Shown: positions 1 to 17,900 of the stretch, in pieces
Position numbering within the stretch: the stretch's first letter is position 1
How the letters are laid out: the number at the start of each line of letters is the position of its first letter
Assembly (NCBI GenBank): GCA_030141605.1
Contig: JAQGDQ010000882.1
Span: 20,644 to 84,643, forward strand
Direction: 5' to 3'
From: Tubiluchus corallicola
Lineage: Eukaryota; Animalia; Priapulida
Length of the DNA: 64,000 nucleotides
The notes under the pieces: generated by a model
Database searches by the model: none
Told to the model about the DNA's origin: nothing
Seen by the model: the letters and a program-made list of their open reading frames with translations, nothing else
Position numbers and translations under genes: made by a program

Positions 1-168
1 GCAGTGAGCTGATTGTTATTTTTCCGCCACACACTGGCATAGAGGGCGGAAGTGAGCGTGTGGCACTGAATTGAATTAAATCGTGGCGTTCAACATGTGG
101 TCAATCGCTGTTCACCTATAGGATAAGAGAATACTAAAAAATCATTGGAACTATGCGTGCACTTTCCT

Positions 169-613
169 CAGGGATGAGAATGACAAATTGCAAAAAACTC
201 TGAAACAGGTTGAGGGTTTTAGGGCCGGCAAGAAATTACAATTTTGTGACCATAGAGAGCCTCTAAATGAACTTACAATATCAATTACCTTGTTTCATGC
301 ATAATTTAAAATACCCAACTATCAAGGATACATGATACCTAATTTTCTCAAAAACACCTAAGTACTGGCCGCTCCTATGCAAAAGTATGTAAAAACTGTC
401 TGCAGTTGACTCAAATAATTCTGCACAATTGATTCTATATTTTTATACATAGAGATATACACGTGGTTACACTGATGTACGTGATGTAAACAAAGTGACG
501 GCCTGCCAACTAGCAAAAATTTTCTCAACGAATTTACGCGATTTACAAAAATGGCACTACTGGTCTTCCAAAAACTAGGAATTCCGCGTATCCGCGGAAA
601 ATTCTCATCCCTG
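169..613. mobile_element. MITE with 13-bp TIR CAGGGATGAGAAT; inverted copy at ~23746-24232
   Basis: CAGGGATGAGAAT at 169 and ATTCTCATCCCTG ending at 613. The body is the reverse complement of 23746-24232. No clear TSD. Confidence 0.75.
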
Positions 614-2996
614 CTAAAAATGATCAATATTGTCTTAGTGACTGCAAGTATATGCCAGTGTGTTTTGTCTTAGACGAATGGAGCTTTAACTTTCAAATTC
701 AAATTCAAAACGTGCATTGATTTCCACATTCATCATATAACTGAGGCAAGTAAATGTATTTAATTATCACAATGGAAATAGGATGGCGAAAGACCAAGAA
801 GGTCAACTAGTCAAGCCATCCTTCAATGGATGTGTGTGATTATTGGGATGACACTGTAGCTATTTCACTCATGAATAGTAGTGAAATGACATTATTACTA
901 TCTTACTTAGCAACTTGATCTGTTTAAAATTCTCTAATCAACTTTGAATAATTGAAGGATGAAAATGCGATCAAAGATATCTAAAAATACAGGCAAATGA
1001 TAAACAAAAAGCAATGGTAAGCAAAACCCCAATAAAGTGGTACAAATGAATATAAAAATGATCAAGACATTTCAATACAAGACGCTTCAAGACAATATAT
1101 AAGCAAGAACAGGCATAGCTCAGAGCGCTGTGTGTTAAAATCAGCAGTTAGTCATACTTGGTAAGCAGATACTGGTTTATCATCATCGCTATGCACTGTT
1201 CACTATTCAAATACAGTTTTCAATTATGTGAAGATATAAATGTAAATGACCAATCATAAAACGACTCAGAACAATGTGTCAGCTTTTTCATCATATGTTT
1301 CCTGAGCGGATTTTAGCGACACAAAATCCTGTCAGCCTGACTCTAAAAATTGTACTTAAATAATTCGTATAGTTAGCGCCACCACCTACTAGAATATTCA
1401 ACATAAATAATGCACCCAGAGAAGACTGGAGGGGTCATTTATGCTTAACCCCTAACCACGCTGTAAGCTGAGACGCTAAATATATTGCGGCGAAGATAAA
1501 ACAGCAGAATATTCAAAAAAATTGCGTTTTAATTGTTGTTGTAAGCACCATAAAGAAATCAGTCAGTTATGTATTACATTTGTTAATCCTGAAATAAATA
1601 ATTTTAAGGCTTACTAGAGCTAAACTTTTCGAAGAACATGAACAAAAAAATCGGCAAAAGCACATTGACAGACTTCGGAAATAATAAAAGTAAGCTCCGA
1701 TTTTAAAACATACAACTGCAGTCAAGCCAATGATTGCAGGACAATTCTGTTTTGCCTGCGCCTGGACCAAAGATAAAATTCCATATTCACCCTAATAGTC
1801 AGCTCGCACTGTTTTCAAACTTACTGATTATCATTTTTTGCTCGAGTTACTTTAGAGACCACACTCGAGTACCCAAATTATTACTACTAGCCACAGATTG
1901 AGATGAAGCGCTTGCACACAAACTCATCCAAATCTGTGCTACTAGCTCAAACGATTGCAGCTTTGTTATCCCTATATTTATTTTTTAACGATATTTTTTA
2001 TTGTCCTAATTATTTATAATTTAGTCTATAATTTTATATTGTGCAATATTGTACACCATGATTTGTTTCTTGTCCTAATTATTTAATGACTTGCTTTTTT
2101 ATAATCTATTTATAATAATATGTTTGGTAGACTACTGATTTCAATGAAACTCATGTAGAAGCCTTGACAAATCTGTATACTTCAATAAGCCTGTAAACAT
2201 ACAGATGTCATTGGTAAAATTTACTTCAATTCTGCCTCTACAGAAATATGGTATGCATATCACGCTTGTAACATAATTAGTTTTCTATGTTCTTGGTAGA
2301 TTAATTTTTGCATAAATTTGAGTTGTTTACTCACACATTATCTCCACAAAGAGGTCTTGGTCTTGTAACAAATTTTCAGTCAGTTTTGATATTGTGATGT
2401 AGCATTAAACTATTATCCGTATTCTTGTTACTTATAGCGGAATAGATGGCTACTAGTTTTACTCGAGATTTATAGGAACTAGCATAAGCATACGAGCTAT
2501 GTCCGTGTTTATAAATATAAGTTGGTGAATTTCACATGTTTAACTGTGCTAGAACAAAGGAAATAAGAAAAAATTTAACGATTTGCACTTTACCAAAAAA
2601 AATTTGACAATTGACAATTTTTTTGACAATTGAAATGACAATGTCCATGTGTAAATCTGCTCATATGATTTTAAACGTGTATCGATAATTGCTATCAAAA
2701 ATATTGTTATTGATTTACATATAATTATCAGCTGCACTTCGATTCATCCTCCCGTTGTTTCTAGAGGCTTTTTTGTAAAATCTGCTGTAATGATTCATTT
2801 ACTGTGTTAACAAAACTACTACTACAACAACGCCAGAGAGTAACTCAATGCTTCGCATTCCTTACTACATGAAGCAGACGTTTGAAACACACAAATGCAA
2901 CACACATATTTCCAAGGCAAGCCACATTCGATGGGTTCGAATTTATTTAAGCTATAATCAATAAAATACAATAATCAATCAGCCCATTGTTGTTTT

Positions 2997-8867
<5,871 letters not shown>

Positions 8868-8957
8868 TTCTACAACGTGCTGGAAGCAAAAGGCCGTTCC
8901 CAAAATGCATTGCCGTCTCGTTGGTTCTCGAAACGAGAATACGAGATTTTGGTAAAA
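8868..8957. promoter_or_regulatory. Compact bidirectional promoter RPS23/ATP6AP1 with TCT/5'TOP-like initiator
   Basis: The two ATGs diverge with 90 bp between them. The minus strand reads CCTTTTGCTTCC at 8893-8882, a pyrimidine initiator typical of ribosomal protein genes. Imperfect palindrome TCTCG..TTCTCG-AAA-CGAGAA..CGAGA at 8916-8946. Confidence 0.75.
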
Positions 8958-11900
8958 ATGGCGAGCGTGATTTTGGTAAAAGTGGTCTGTCTTGCCGTAT
9001 TTTCCGTCGGCTTTTCGTCATCTACAGAAATCACACCTGTAGCTATATGGGGATCAAACAGGTAAACGTTTTCTAAGTATTTGTTATAGTGAAGATGCCT
9101 CTCAGAAGTTTGTAAATGAAAATGCGTCACAACGTTTTCCTTCAAGTTCAGAAATGACTAATGTCAGTAATGGTAATGAGGTGTTCTGCTTCATAACCAA
9201 TAAATTGGGACACATTTTTGTTTTTACCGCACATCGCTAATTTGGCGTGTTGCTTTGCTTACTTTAAAATTACCGTTTCCCTACTGTCCCGGTTTTTTCC
9301 TTTAAATTTAAAATTACGGTACCTATTGATATAACAAAATAATAACGAATAAATAATTATTAACTTCGTTTTACCATAATTACAATCAAGTAAAATTAAA
9401 CTAACAATTCTTTACTATACAATACATAAAGCAATTTTACAACTTTAATCAGACAAAGAATAATGAAGTATTCAATGGGTGATCATTTTTAGTCATAATT
9501 AATATTATGTGGCAAGTTGTTCAGCTCACAAGCCAAAGCTTGTACGAGAGACTCTGACAATGAAACAGAGATCTGTTAGTACAAAAGGAGATGTGGATGA
9601 AGTTGCTAGTGACATTGACAAGAGTAGAGATATGACAATATGTAACACAGCAGTAAACCTGATTTTGTTAAGTAAAATTAAAATAAATACAACGTCAAAA
9701 GAAGGATGACAAAAAGTAAATAGTTATGCAATTAGTCACCTCATAATTAGAATACAAGTAGGAGATTTGTGTTCTTGTAGTAAGGTCACGAAAAATTGTA
9801 ATCAAAAATCATATTAACAATTCTTTCCTCATAACCAGGTCTATTTACAGGGTTCCCGCGGTCAGGGAAAATTCTTGAAAATGCTGGCTATCCTGGATAG
9901 TCAGGGAAAATATAATTTGGTAAAAAGTTAGGGAAAATGATGAAAATGGGGTGGAAGGTCGGGGAATTTTTCAGCGATTCTTGTCCAAATATAATTTTGA
10001 TATTACAGGCTCCCAGTTGCAATTTCTGTTCAATAATAACGATTGGTGGACACATTATGTAGCAATATACGTATGAATGTCCATACACAAAAATGTTTGA
10101 AAATGTCATGGAAATTTATTCTAAAGGGGAACCATGTATTTAGCAAAGTACAGTTGTCTTTAGAACCATATCTGATGTTGAATAAAATGAGAAAGCCGGT
10201 TTTTTGCACAAGCAACGACAGTCTTTCTATATCATTTTTCAACATGTATTTTTGGTACAGGGTGTTCCAAAAGGACCACACACACACACATATATATATA
10301 TATGTATATACTTAACACTCGACTGTAGTTCTTTGTGATTTTGTCAGCCTGCTTCAGCTGATTTCTACTACTATTTCTTTAGGAACACCCTGTATAAAGG
10401 TTATTTTGGAGGTGACACACAGACGCGCACGCATGCACGCACACACATACACACACACACACACACACACATATATACTTAACACTCGACTGTAGTTCTT
10501 TGTGATTTTGTCAGCCTGCTTCAGCTGATTTCTACTACTATTTCTTTAGGAACACCCTTTATGAAGGTTATTTTGGAGGTGAGTGTGTTAGATTATATCA
10601 CTTGTCATTGAGATCCTTGCAAAACCAGAGAGCGGACAAAAATACTTTGCTTTTTTATTTTTAATGATTTATTCTTTTCTGGTTTTGCAGGGATCTCGAT
10701 TGACGAAGTGTACCCGTGCGCCAGTGTGTTAACACACTTCGCTCACTTTCTGTATTTTGACGACGCTCCGTATCTCTAAAAGTTGTGATACGTCATCATT
10801 TACTCTGATACTTCTTCATTAGGATCTCTAAGTTGTGGAAGTCTCGTGTCTGTGAAGTCTAGGACGTTTAGCTATCACCTTTTCAACTTGTTGCTACATT
10901 GAATGTGAGTTTATGCTCCGTATCTCTAAAAGTTGTGATACGTCATCTTTTACTCTGATACTTCTTCATTAGGATCTCCAAGTTGTGGAAGTCTCGTGTC
11001 TGTGAAGTCTAGGACATTTAGCTATCACCTTTTCAACTTGTTGCTACATTGAATGTAAACTCTCAAAAGTTAGTTACCGCTGTTTCAGTTTGGTGACTCA
11101 GTGCCTGACAATTTAAATCACGTCCCTCACGCGAGGTTCAGATCTTCTTGCGTAAGCAAGCATAGAGTTCATATTAGGTTTCTCCTCAAGCTATAGACGT
11201 GTTGAATGTGTACTAACCATCTTCCCGAACATCGTTTCAGTTTGGTGAGTTAGAGCCTGTCAATTTAAATCACGTCTGTCACGCGAGGTTCCGATCTTCC
11301 TGCGTAAGCAAGCACAGAGCTGATATTAGTTTTCTCGTCAAGCTATAGACGTGTTGAACCTGTACTAACCAAACATTGTTTCATCGCTACGAATGATGGA
11401 TGTAACGGCTTTGTTCAAGGCTTGCGTAAAGACTGTAAAAATGCGCAACAAAGCGCTTGGCATTGGCAATGATGTCGATAAAAGCATTCTGAATAGAAGC
11501 AGGAAATGTGAATTTTCTCAAACTGCCAAGGAAGTGGTAAAGGACGTCGGAGAACTTCGCGCATTTTTGCTCAAACACAGAAAGGATTATGTCAATGTGG
11601 GGCACTTGACGTCGGAAACCGGTCACATGACTGACGTTCAGAGAGACCAGATTGATTCCGCTGCTACCGAGTTTGTACGTAAATGTACGGCAAGGATTAT
11701 GCAGTTAAAGAATCAAGTAGCGATGAAGGGCCTGTCCAAACAAGCGGTGGAGCATCGCCAGCGCGTTCTTGATCTCATCCAGGCGTACTTAAAACTGGTT
11801 TGTAAGATTTTTAGTGAACAGCGTGCAGTCAGGATAAGACGGAGCGAGGACCTCCGGCGTATTATGCGATTTGAACCGGGAAAGTCTCCAAGTCTGAAAG

Positions 11901-14900
11901 CTCAGGCGTCTTCGTCGGCCGGGAATTCGAAAGAAGGAACCCCTCCAGAGAGTTTGTCTAAAGTTTCAGACAGGCGTAAGGAAGATTTGGAGAAAACAGA
12001 ACGGCCCTCGAAGGTGGCAAAAATGGCTTCAGGTATGGATGACGAAGAATCCGGGTTGTCTCCGGAAGAAATTGCTCAGTTTGAGCAGGAAAACACTTAC
12101 CTGTATCGGGACATGAACAACATAGTGGAAGAGGTTCGGCAGATTGAAAGCTCGGTGGTGGAGATCACGCGGCTACAGGAAGTCTTCACGGAGAAAGTTC
12201 TGGAGCAGGAGAAGGACATTGACAGAATTTACGATGCCGTCGTAGGTACGACGGAGAACGTAAAGGAGGGGAACGAACAGATTAGAGAGGCGATGAAAAA
12301 CAATGCGGGATTTAGAGTTTGGATATTGTTCTTCCTGGTCGTGATGTCACTGTCGCTTCTTTTCTTAGACTGGTACAATGCCTAAATAAAAGTGAACCTG
12401 TCTACTTGGACACAACGTCGAATTTGTAAATATTAGTGATAGATTGTTTGATAATCGGAGTCAGTGATTGGTTGAATTAGTGACAGATTGTTTGATAATC
12501 GGAGTCAGTGGTTGGTTGAACTAGAAAAAGGTGATTTGGAATGACACTAACTGATGCCTGTTTTCTATTAATTGAATTACTAGTATTTAGCAATGGGCGA
12601 TTAATAGATTAATCGAATTAATCACGATTACAACCATGTATAAATCAATTTATTCGATGATTGAACAGTAATTCGATTAATCGACATTAACCGAGAGTAA
12701 AATATACGTCAATCAATCAATCAGTTTATTTCACTCCATCAATACATATACAATACATCAACATACAATTCGGACCAGTGCAGCAAGCTCACTGACTCCG
12801 GCAGCTCCTGCAGCCAACCTGGTGCCAAACGTATCGCTCCGTTTTCCTTTGGACTACACCGGGGAGGAAGAGAGGGGATTCCTGTTGTCTGGGCAACTCA
12901 GGATCTCCATACACCTTGCCCAGGCGTGCACCCTGGAGACGTTCAAGGATCGCACTGCTCAGCCACAGTCGACGCTGCAGCTTCATCAATGTGATCAATA
13001 ACTGACTCTCTTGGTGCACACTCCATTGTCTTCCGAGACAGAAGGATGCCAACCAATAATGTGATTTAAAAAAAGAAACAGTGTAGGTAAAAAGCGTTGA
13101 TGAAGTCAAATCAACCAAACTGCTGTAAGTGTCACTGACAAAAAGGCAGTATGTTAGCACAAATAAATGGAATTTTTTCATTTTTTCTTAATTTTTCTCA
13201 TCTTCCACAATGCACACAATCATGAACCACAGTGTTGCAAACTGTGGGCTTCAAATTCAATGACACGCGATGCTTGTAGTGACATAGTCATTGAGTAGTT
13301 AACAAAAGATCATGTATTATGCGCCTATAAAATAGTTTCCGAGTACAGAAATGGCAGGCAACGGTGAAGCTGTGAAGACATTATAGGTTATATTTCACTG
13401 CTGTCATAGAAAAATATGGCTAAAACATGGAGAATTAATGTCAATTGGAAATTTCATTTATGACTGTATGCATAGATTTGTGAATTAAATAGTATAACTT
13501 TGTTAGCGGACGTATAACCGCATGACTATGATTATCGTATAGGTAAAATATTTGTTTATGAAATGTCGTACAAATGCTTAGTAAATAGTTGTTTTCTCTT
13601 CATAGAGTTTACAACTAAATTTGTATATTTGTATATATATATCTTGTGCAGCTATGTTGAGTCAAATTGTTAGTATGATCTATAAATCATTACCCGAGCT
13701 CTGCCCGCTGATAAAACCATCGGGTATGCGTCGAGTTTGTAATTCTCATGTTGAAAATTTGATTTTCAGAAATAAAATATCTATCTATCTAATTATTGAA
13801 TTACAAGAACAGGATTATAATCAAATTGCAAATTTCTTAATCACTCATCAATACTAGTATTACCATCACATATATTTGATACTAGTCATTTAAAAGTGAC
13901 AGTCTTAACTGGCAGGCGTGTCTTCATGAGTTACTTCATGAAACGTGCAACATTGCCATCTGGATCGGCTCTGTGGTGCTGATGATTCTGGAGGTTAGAC
14001 GTCTATCGAAAAAATTGAATTTGATGCCAAATACCTTTAAAGAGAAGGAGAGAGCCTGCTCTGATCGTGCACTGTTAACACTAATTTATGTCTAATTTAT
14101 TGCAGTCAGAAAGGTTGCATTACGCTTAAACCTTAGTGGGTATTGATTGACTTACTCTTACCTGTGATTTTGCATTAATTGTGCTGTGAAAATAATCCAG
14201 TCAAAAATAGTCATTAGAGAAACATAACGAACGATTTGTATAAATTGTGGCCACACCAATAATACACTTTATTAACAAAATTCAAATTTAACTGTTACAC
14301 TTTACATTTTAAATGAAGTTACAAATCATAAGAAAAATAATCACATAATTCACAGCACTTTAAATGAATAATCTCATATATAGACCTATATAAAAAACAA
14401 GAAAAAGGGGACCACCTTTTGTGGTACCTGCTGATAGGTGGTCACCGATCAGCGGTGACACTTCCTTTTTCTAGGCAAAGTTAACTATGCATGAATGAAG
14501 CATACGATCTAAATAATATTGTAAGGCCAGCAAAGAAGCCAGGCTTGGTTTAAAGCGGATTTTCCGACAACGTCGACTCGTGTAGCCTGTAGTTTGTTTC
14601 GACTGCCGATAATTATTCTGTTTAAATTCTGTGAATGTTGACCTTCGGGATTTACTGCATTCTTCTCTAAAATTGTAACCAATGAGTTTGGTTTCTGTAA
14701 CCAGTTATATTATTTATACTCAATATCTGTGATCTATGTAGTGTAACTTAATGAATTTTTAGTAAGAAATGATGCTGGGGAAGTAATTGGTGCAGTGCTG
14801 TCTTTACTTCCGCATTTTGTACATTTGATTTTGTACCTGTATTTGTATGTGGTGATTTGGCAGATCAGTTAATAAATCGATAAAATCTTTCATTATCATA

Positions 14901-17900
14901 TTATATCTCTTTGTTTGTGTACAATTCAGGTACTGACCGATGGCCTTCTTGCTCTGACAGAGTTGGGTGTTTTAATTTAATTTTGATTTGAGTTCATATC
15001 CAGGGCGCTTCCGGATGAGCCGAAGTCCTGCTGTAGTATTTCCGGAGTCCTGCTGCATTCATTTGTCCACATTTATAGAATTTTGTGCACCTAAATTCAA
15101 GCAAAAATAATTTTATAAACCGACAAGAAACCATGGTAACAGCTAAAATAACACAAAAATGATGCAATCAGAGAAATATTCAGTTTCATAATTTCAAGTT
15201 TTGGTTGCTAATCTCCTGCCCTGCTGCTTAATCGGATGCGGTCAGGTGAATAAACTGTCATCAGCTGACCACTCCTGAGATATTTAGATGTTTATTTATT
15301 AGTGTCAAAAATACATACAAGACATACATACAATTTCAATTTTGAAATATACAAAAAAAACAGGACATATATATATATATATGGTTACCGTATTGTCTGA
15401 GTTGAAAAAGAGGACTTTTTTAGGCCAAAATGACCAGTCTAGGTCATCCACTTCAACAAATTCGCAGTATTCTTTCACATGTTCGGTTTGAATATGCTGA
15501 GTATCGACAGCGGTGTGAGTCGTGTGACCCATAGTGATGTGCGCATCGCTTACTTTTGTTCAGTAAATATGTACACAAAGCTTTTACAAGGGTTGCATTT
15601 TGAGATGTTAGCAACATCTTGTATTGAAAATTAATGAGCTTTTCTTTGTCTCATATTATCGTACGCCTCCGCAGTTGGCAACATCCATACATACTTACGG
15701 ATTGAGGCAAAACCCTGACAAACTGCCGATGTTTTGAAAACCCGCCAGGACAGAGCCGTAAAAAGAGGATGTGTTCGGGGAAACCTGGACGTATGGTAAC
15801 CCTACATATATACAATTTCAATTATGAAATATAATGACACGATAATTATACAAACAAAACAATTACTAATAAAACAAATATTGTTAAATCTTCCTGTTAG
15901 CTATATTAGTTATTTGATGAAAAGTTTAATGATCAGTATTGAAAATAAATTGTCATTCATTTAGCCTCATTTTCAATGATATGATCATTACATAGTATAT
16001 TGTTCATCATGTGTTAAAAACGCTTTTTCAACATAATCAATAAATACCTTAATTACTTCTAAATCATTACTTCCCATGAAGAAAAAAAATTATCAACATC
16101 GTTCACAAGGAAAAATTCTGGAGTGATTACATTGATGTGATTATACGTATAATTTTTCTATAAGATCATTGAGTATGGGCAGGCTGCATAAGATTATGGA
16201 TATCCATAAAATAAGACCAAAAATCCATAAAATAAAATTTCAGAAATCCATAAAATTAGAAATGCATAAAATAAAAAAATATTTTTTTTGTGATTTTTTG
16301 TACAAAATAAGGCAATCAAAACTGAATACAGGCATTGGATCGGAAACTTCAGCCTAGAGGGCATTCTACATTCGTACCAAACGGATGAATTATTTAAACT
16401 GAAGTGATGAATTACAAGGCATTGTCTCGTAAAATTTGATTAAATTTGAAGTGATATGAAACCGATAAAATTAAAACTAAGTCCTGCATGTTTAAAAACA
16501 CGTTTCAAGCCTCCTGTTTTTACTTTTTAATTGATTTCCCCCTGGGCATCTCGTTCCAGATATAGTCTATTTCTTATTTTATTGATATCCATAAAATAAA
16601 ATTTTAAAAATCCATAAAATAAGTTATTTTATTTATTTTATACATATCCATAATCTTATGCACCCTGAGTATGGGTATTTTATAACAACGAGTAATTCGT
16701 CTAAGTTTACTCACATTATCACGATACGGGTGCACTTTGGCAATATGCATTTCATGATACAAGATATCACGATGCATTGATGCGCTGATGTATCGATACA
16801 ATTCCACGACTAATATTGCCACATTCTAGTCACATATGATTCTCATTGTTTTAGCAAAGCGGCACCAAAATTGTGCACTGATTAGCCAATTCATGCGCGT
16901 AAAATCAATAATGCTCAAAAGTTCAGATCATTTTTTAAAACTTATTTTTATAAATAAGCCTTTTTAATTAATTAGAAATTTATATGGACTTACGGATTTA
17001 ATTATGGCTGATTTCTAGTGATTTTTATATACATAAATGATGATTGTAGTTTTATCCATAATAGCTTATTGTGTATGTACTGTTTATGTGTAAATATGTT
17101 ATGTATGTAAAATGTATGTACTGTTTATGTGTAAATATGTTATGTATGTAAAATGTATGTACTGTTTATGTGTAAACATGTTATGTATGTAAAATGTATG
17201 TACTGTTTATGTGTAAATATGTTATGTATGTAAAATGTATGTACTGTTTATGTGTAAATATGTTATGTATGTAAAATGTATGTACTGTTTATGTGTAAAC
17301 ATGTTATGTATGTAAAATGTATGTACTGTTTATGTGTAAACATGTTATGTATGTAAAATGTATGTACTGTTTATGTGTAAATATGTTATGTATGTAAAAT
17401 GTATGTACTGTTTATGTGTAAATATGTTATGTATGTAAAATGTATGTACTGTTTATGTGTAAATATGTTATGTATGTAAAATGTATGTACTGTTTATGTG
17501 TAAATATGTTATGTATGTAAAATGTATGTACTGTTTATGTGTAAACATGTTATGTATGTAAAATGTATGTACTGTTTATGTGTAAATATGTTATGTATGT
17601 AAAATGTATGTACTGTTTATGTGTAAATATGTTATGTATGTAAAATGCATTTGTCCATTTTAATGTTAATCCATTTTAAATATTTACCAAATTATTATTA
17701 TTGTTGCCGTTGTTGTTGCTGTTGTTGTGGTTGCTGCTGCTGTTGTTGTTGTTGTTGTTGTTGTTGTTGCCATTGTTGTTGCTGTTGTTGTTGTGGTTGC
17801 TGTTGCTGCTGCTGTTGTTGTTGCTCCTGTTGTTGCCGTTGTTGTTGCTGTTGTTGTTGTGGTTGCTGTTGCTGCTGCTGTTGTTGTTGTTGCTCCTGTT

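Noticed and set aside
12789-13181. 130-aa minus-strand ORF downstream of STX18
   Set aside because: No recognisable domain or splice context; likely a decayed repeat.
17072-17646. Multiple TGTAAATA Pumilio elements (NORAD-like sponge)
   Set aside because: A by-product of an AT-rich 41-bp intronic repeat; no evidence of a stable transcript.
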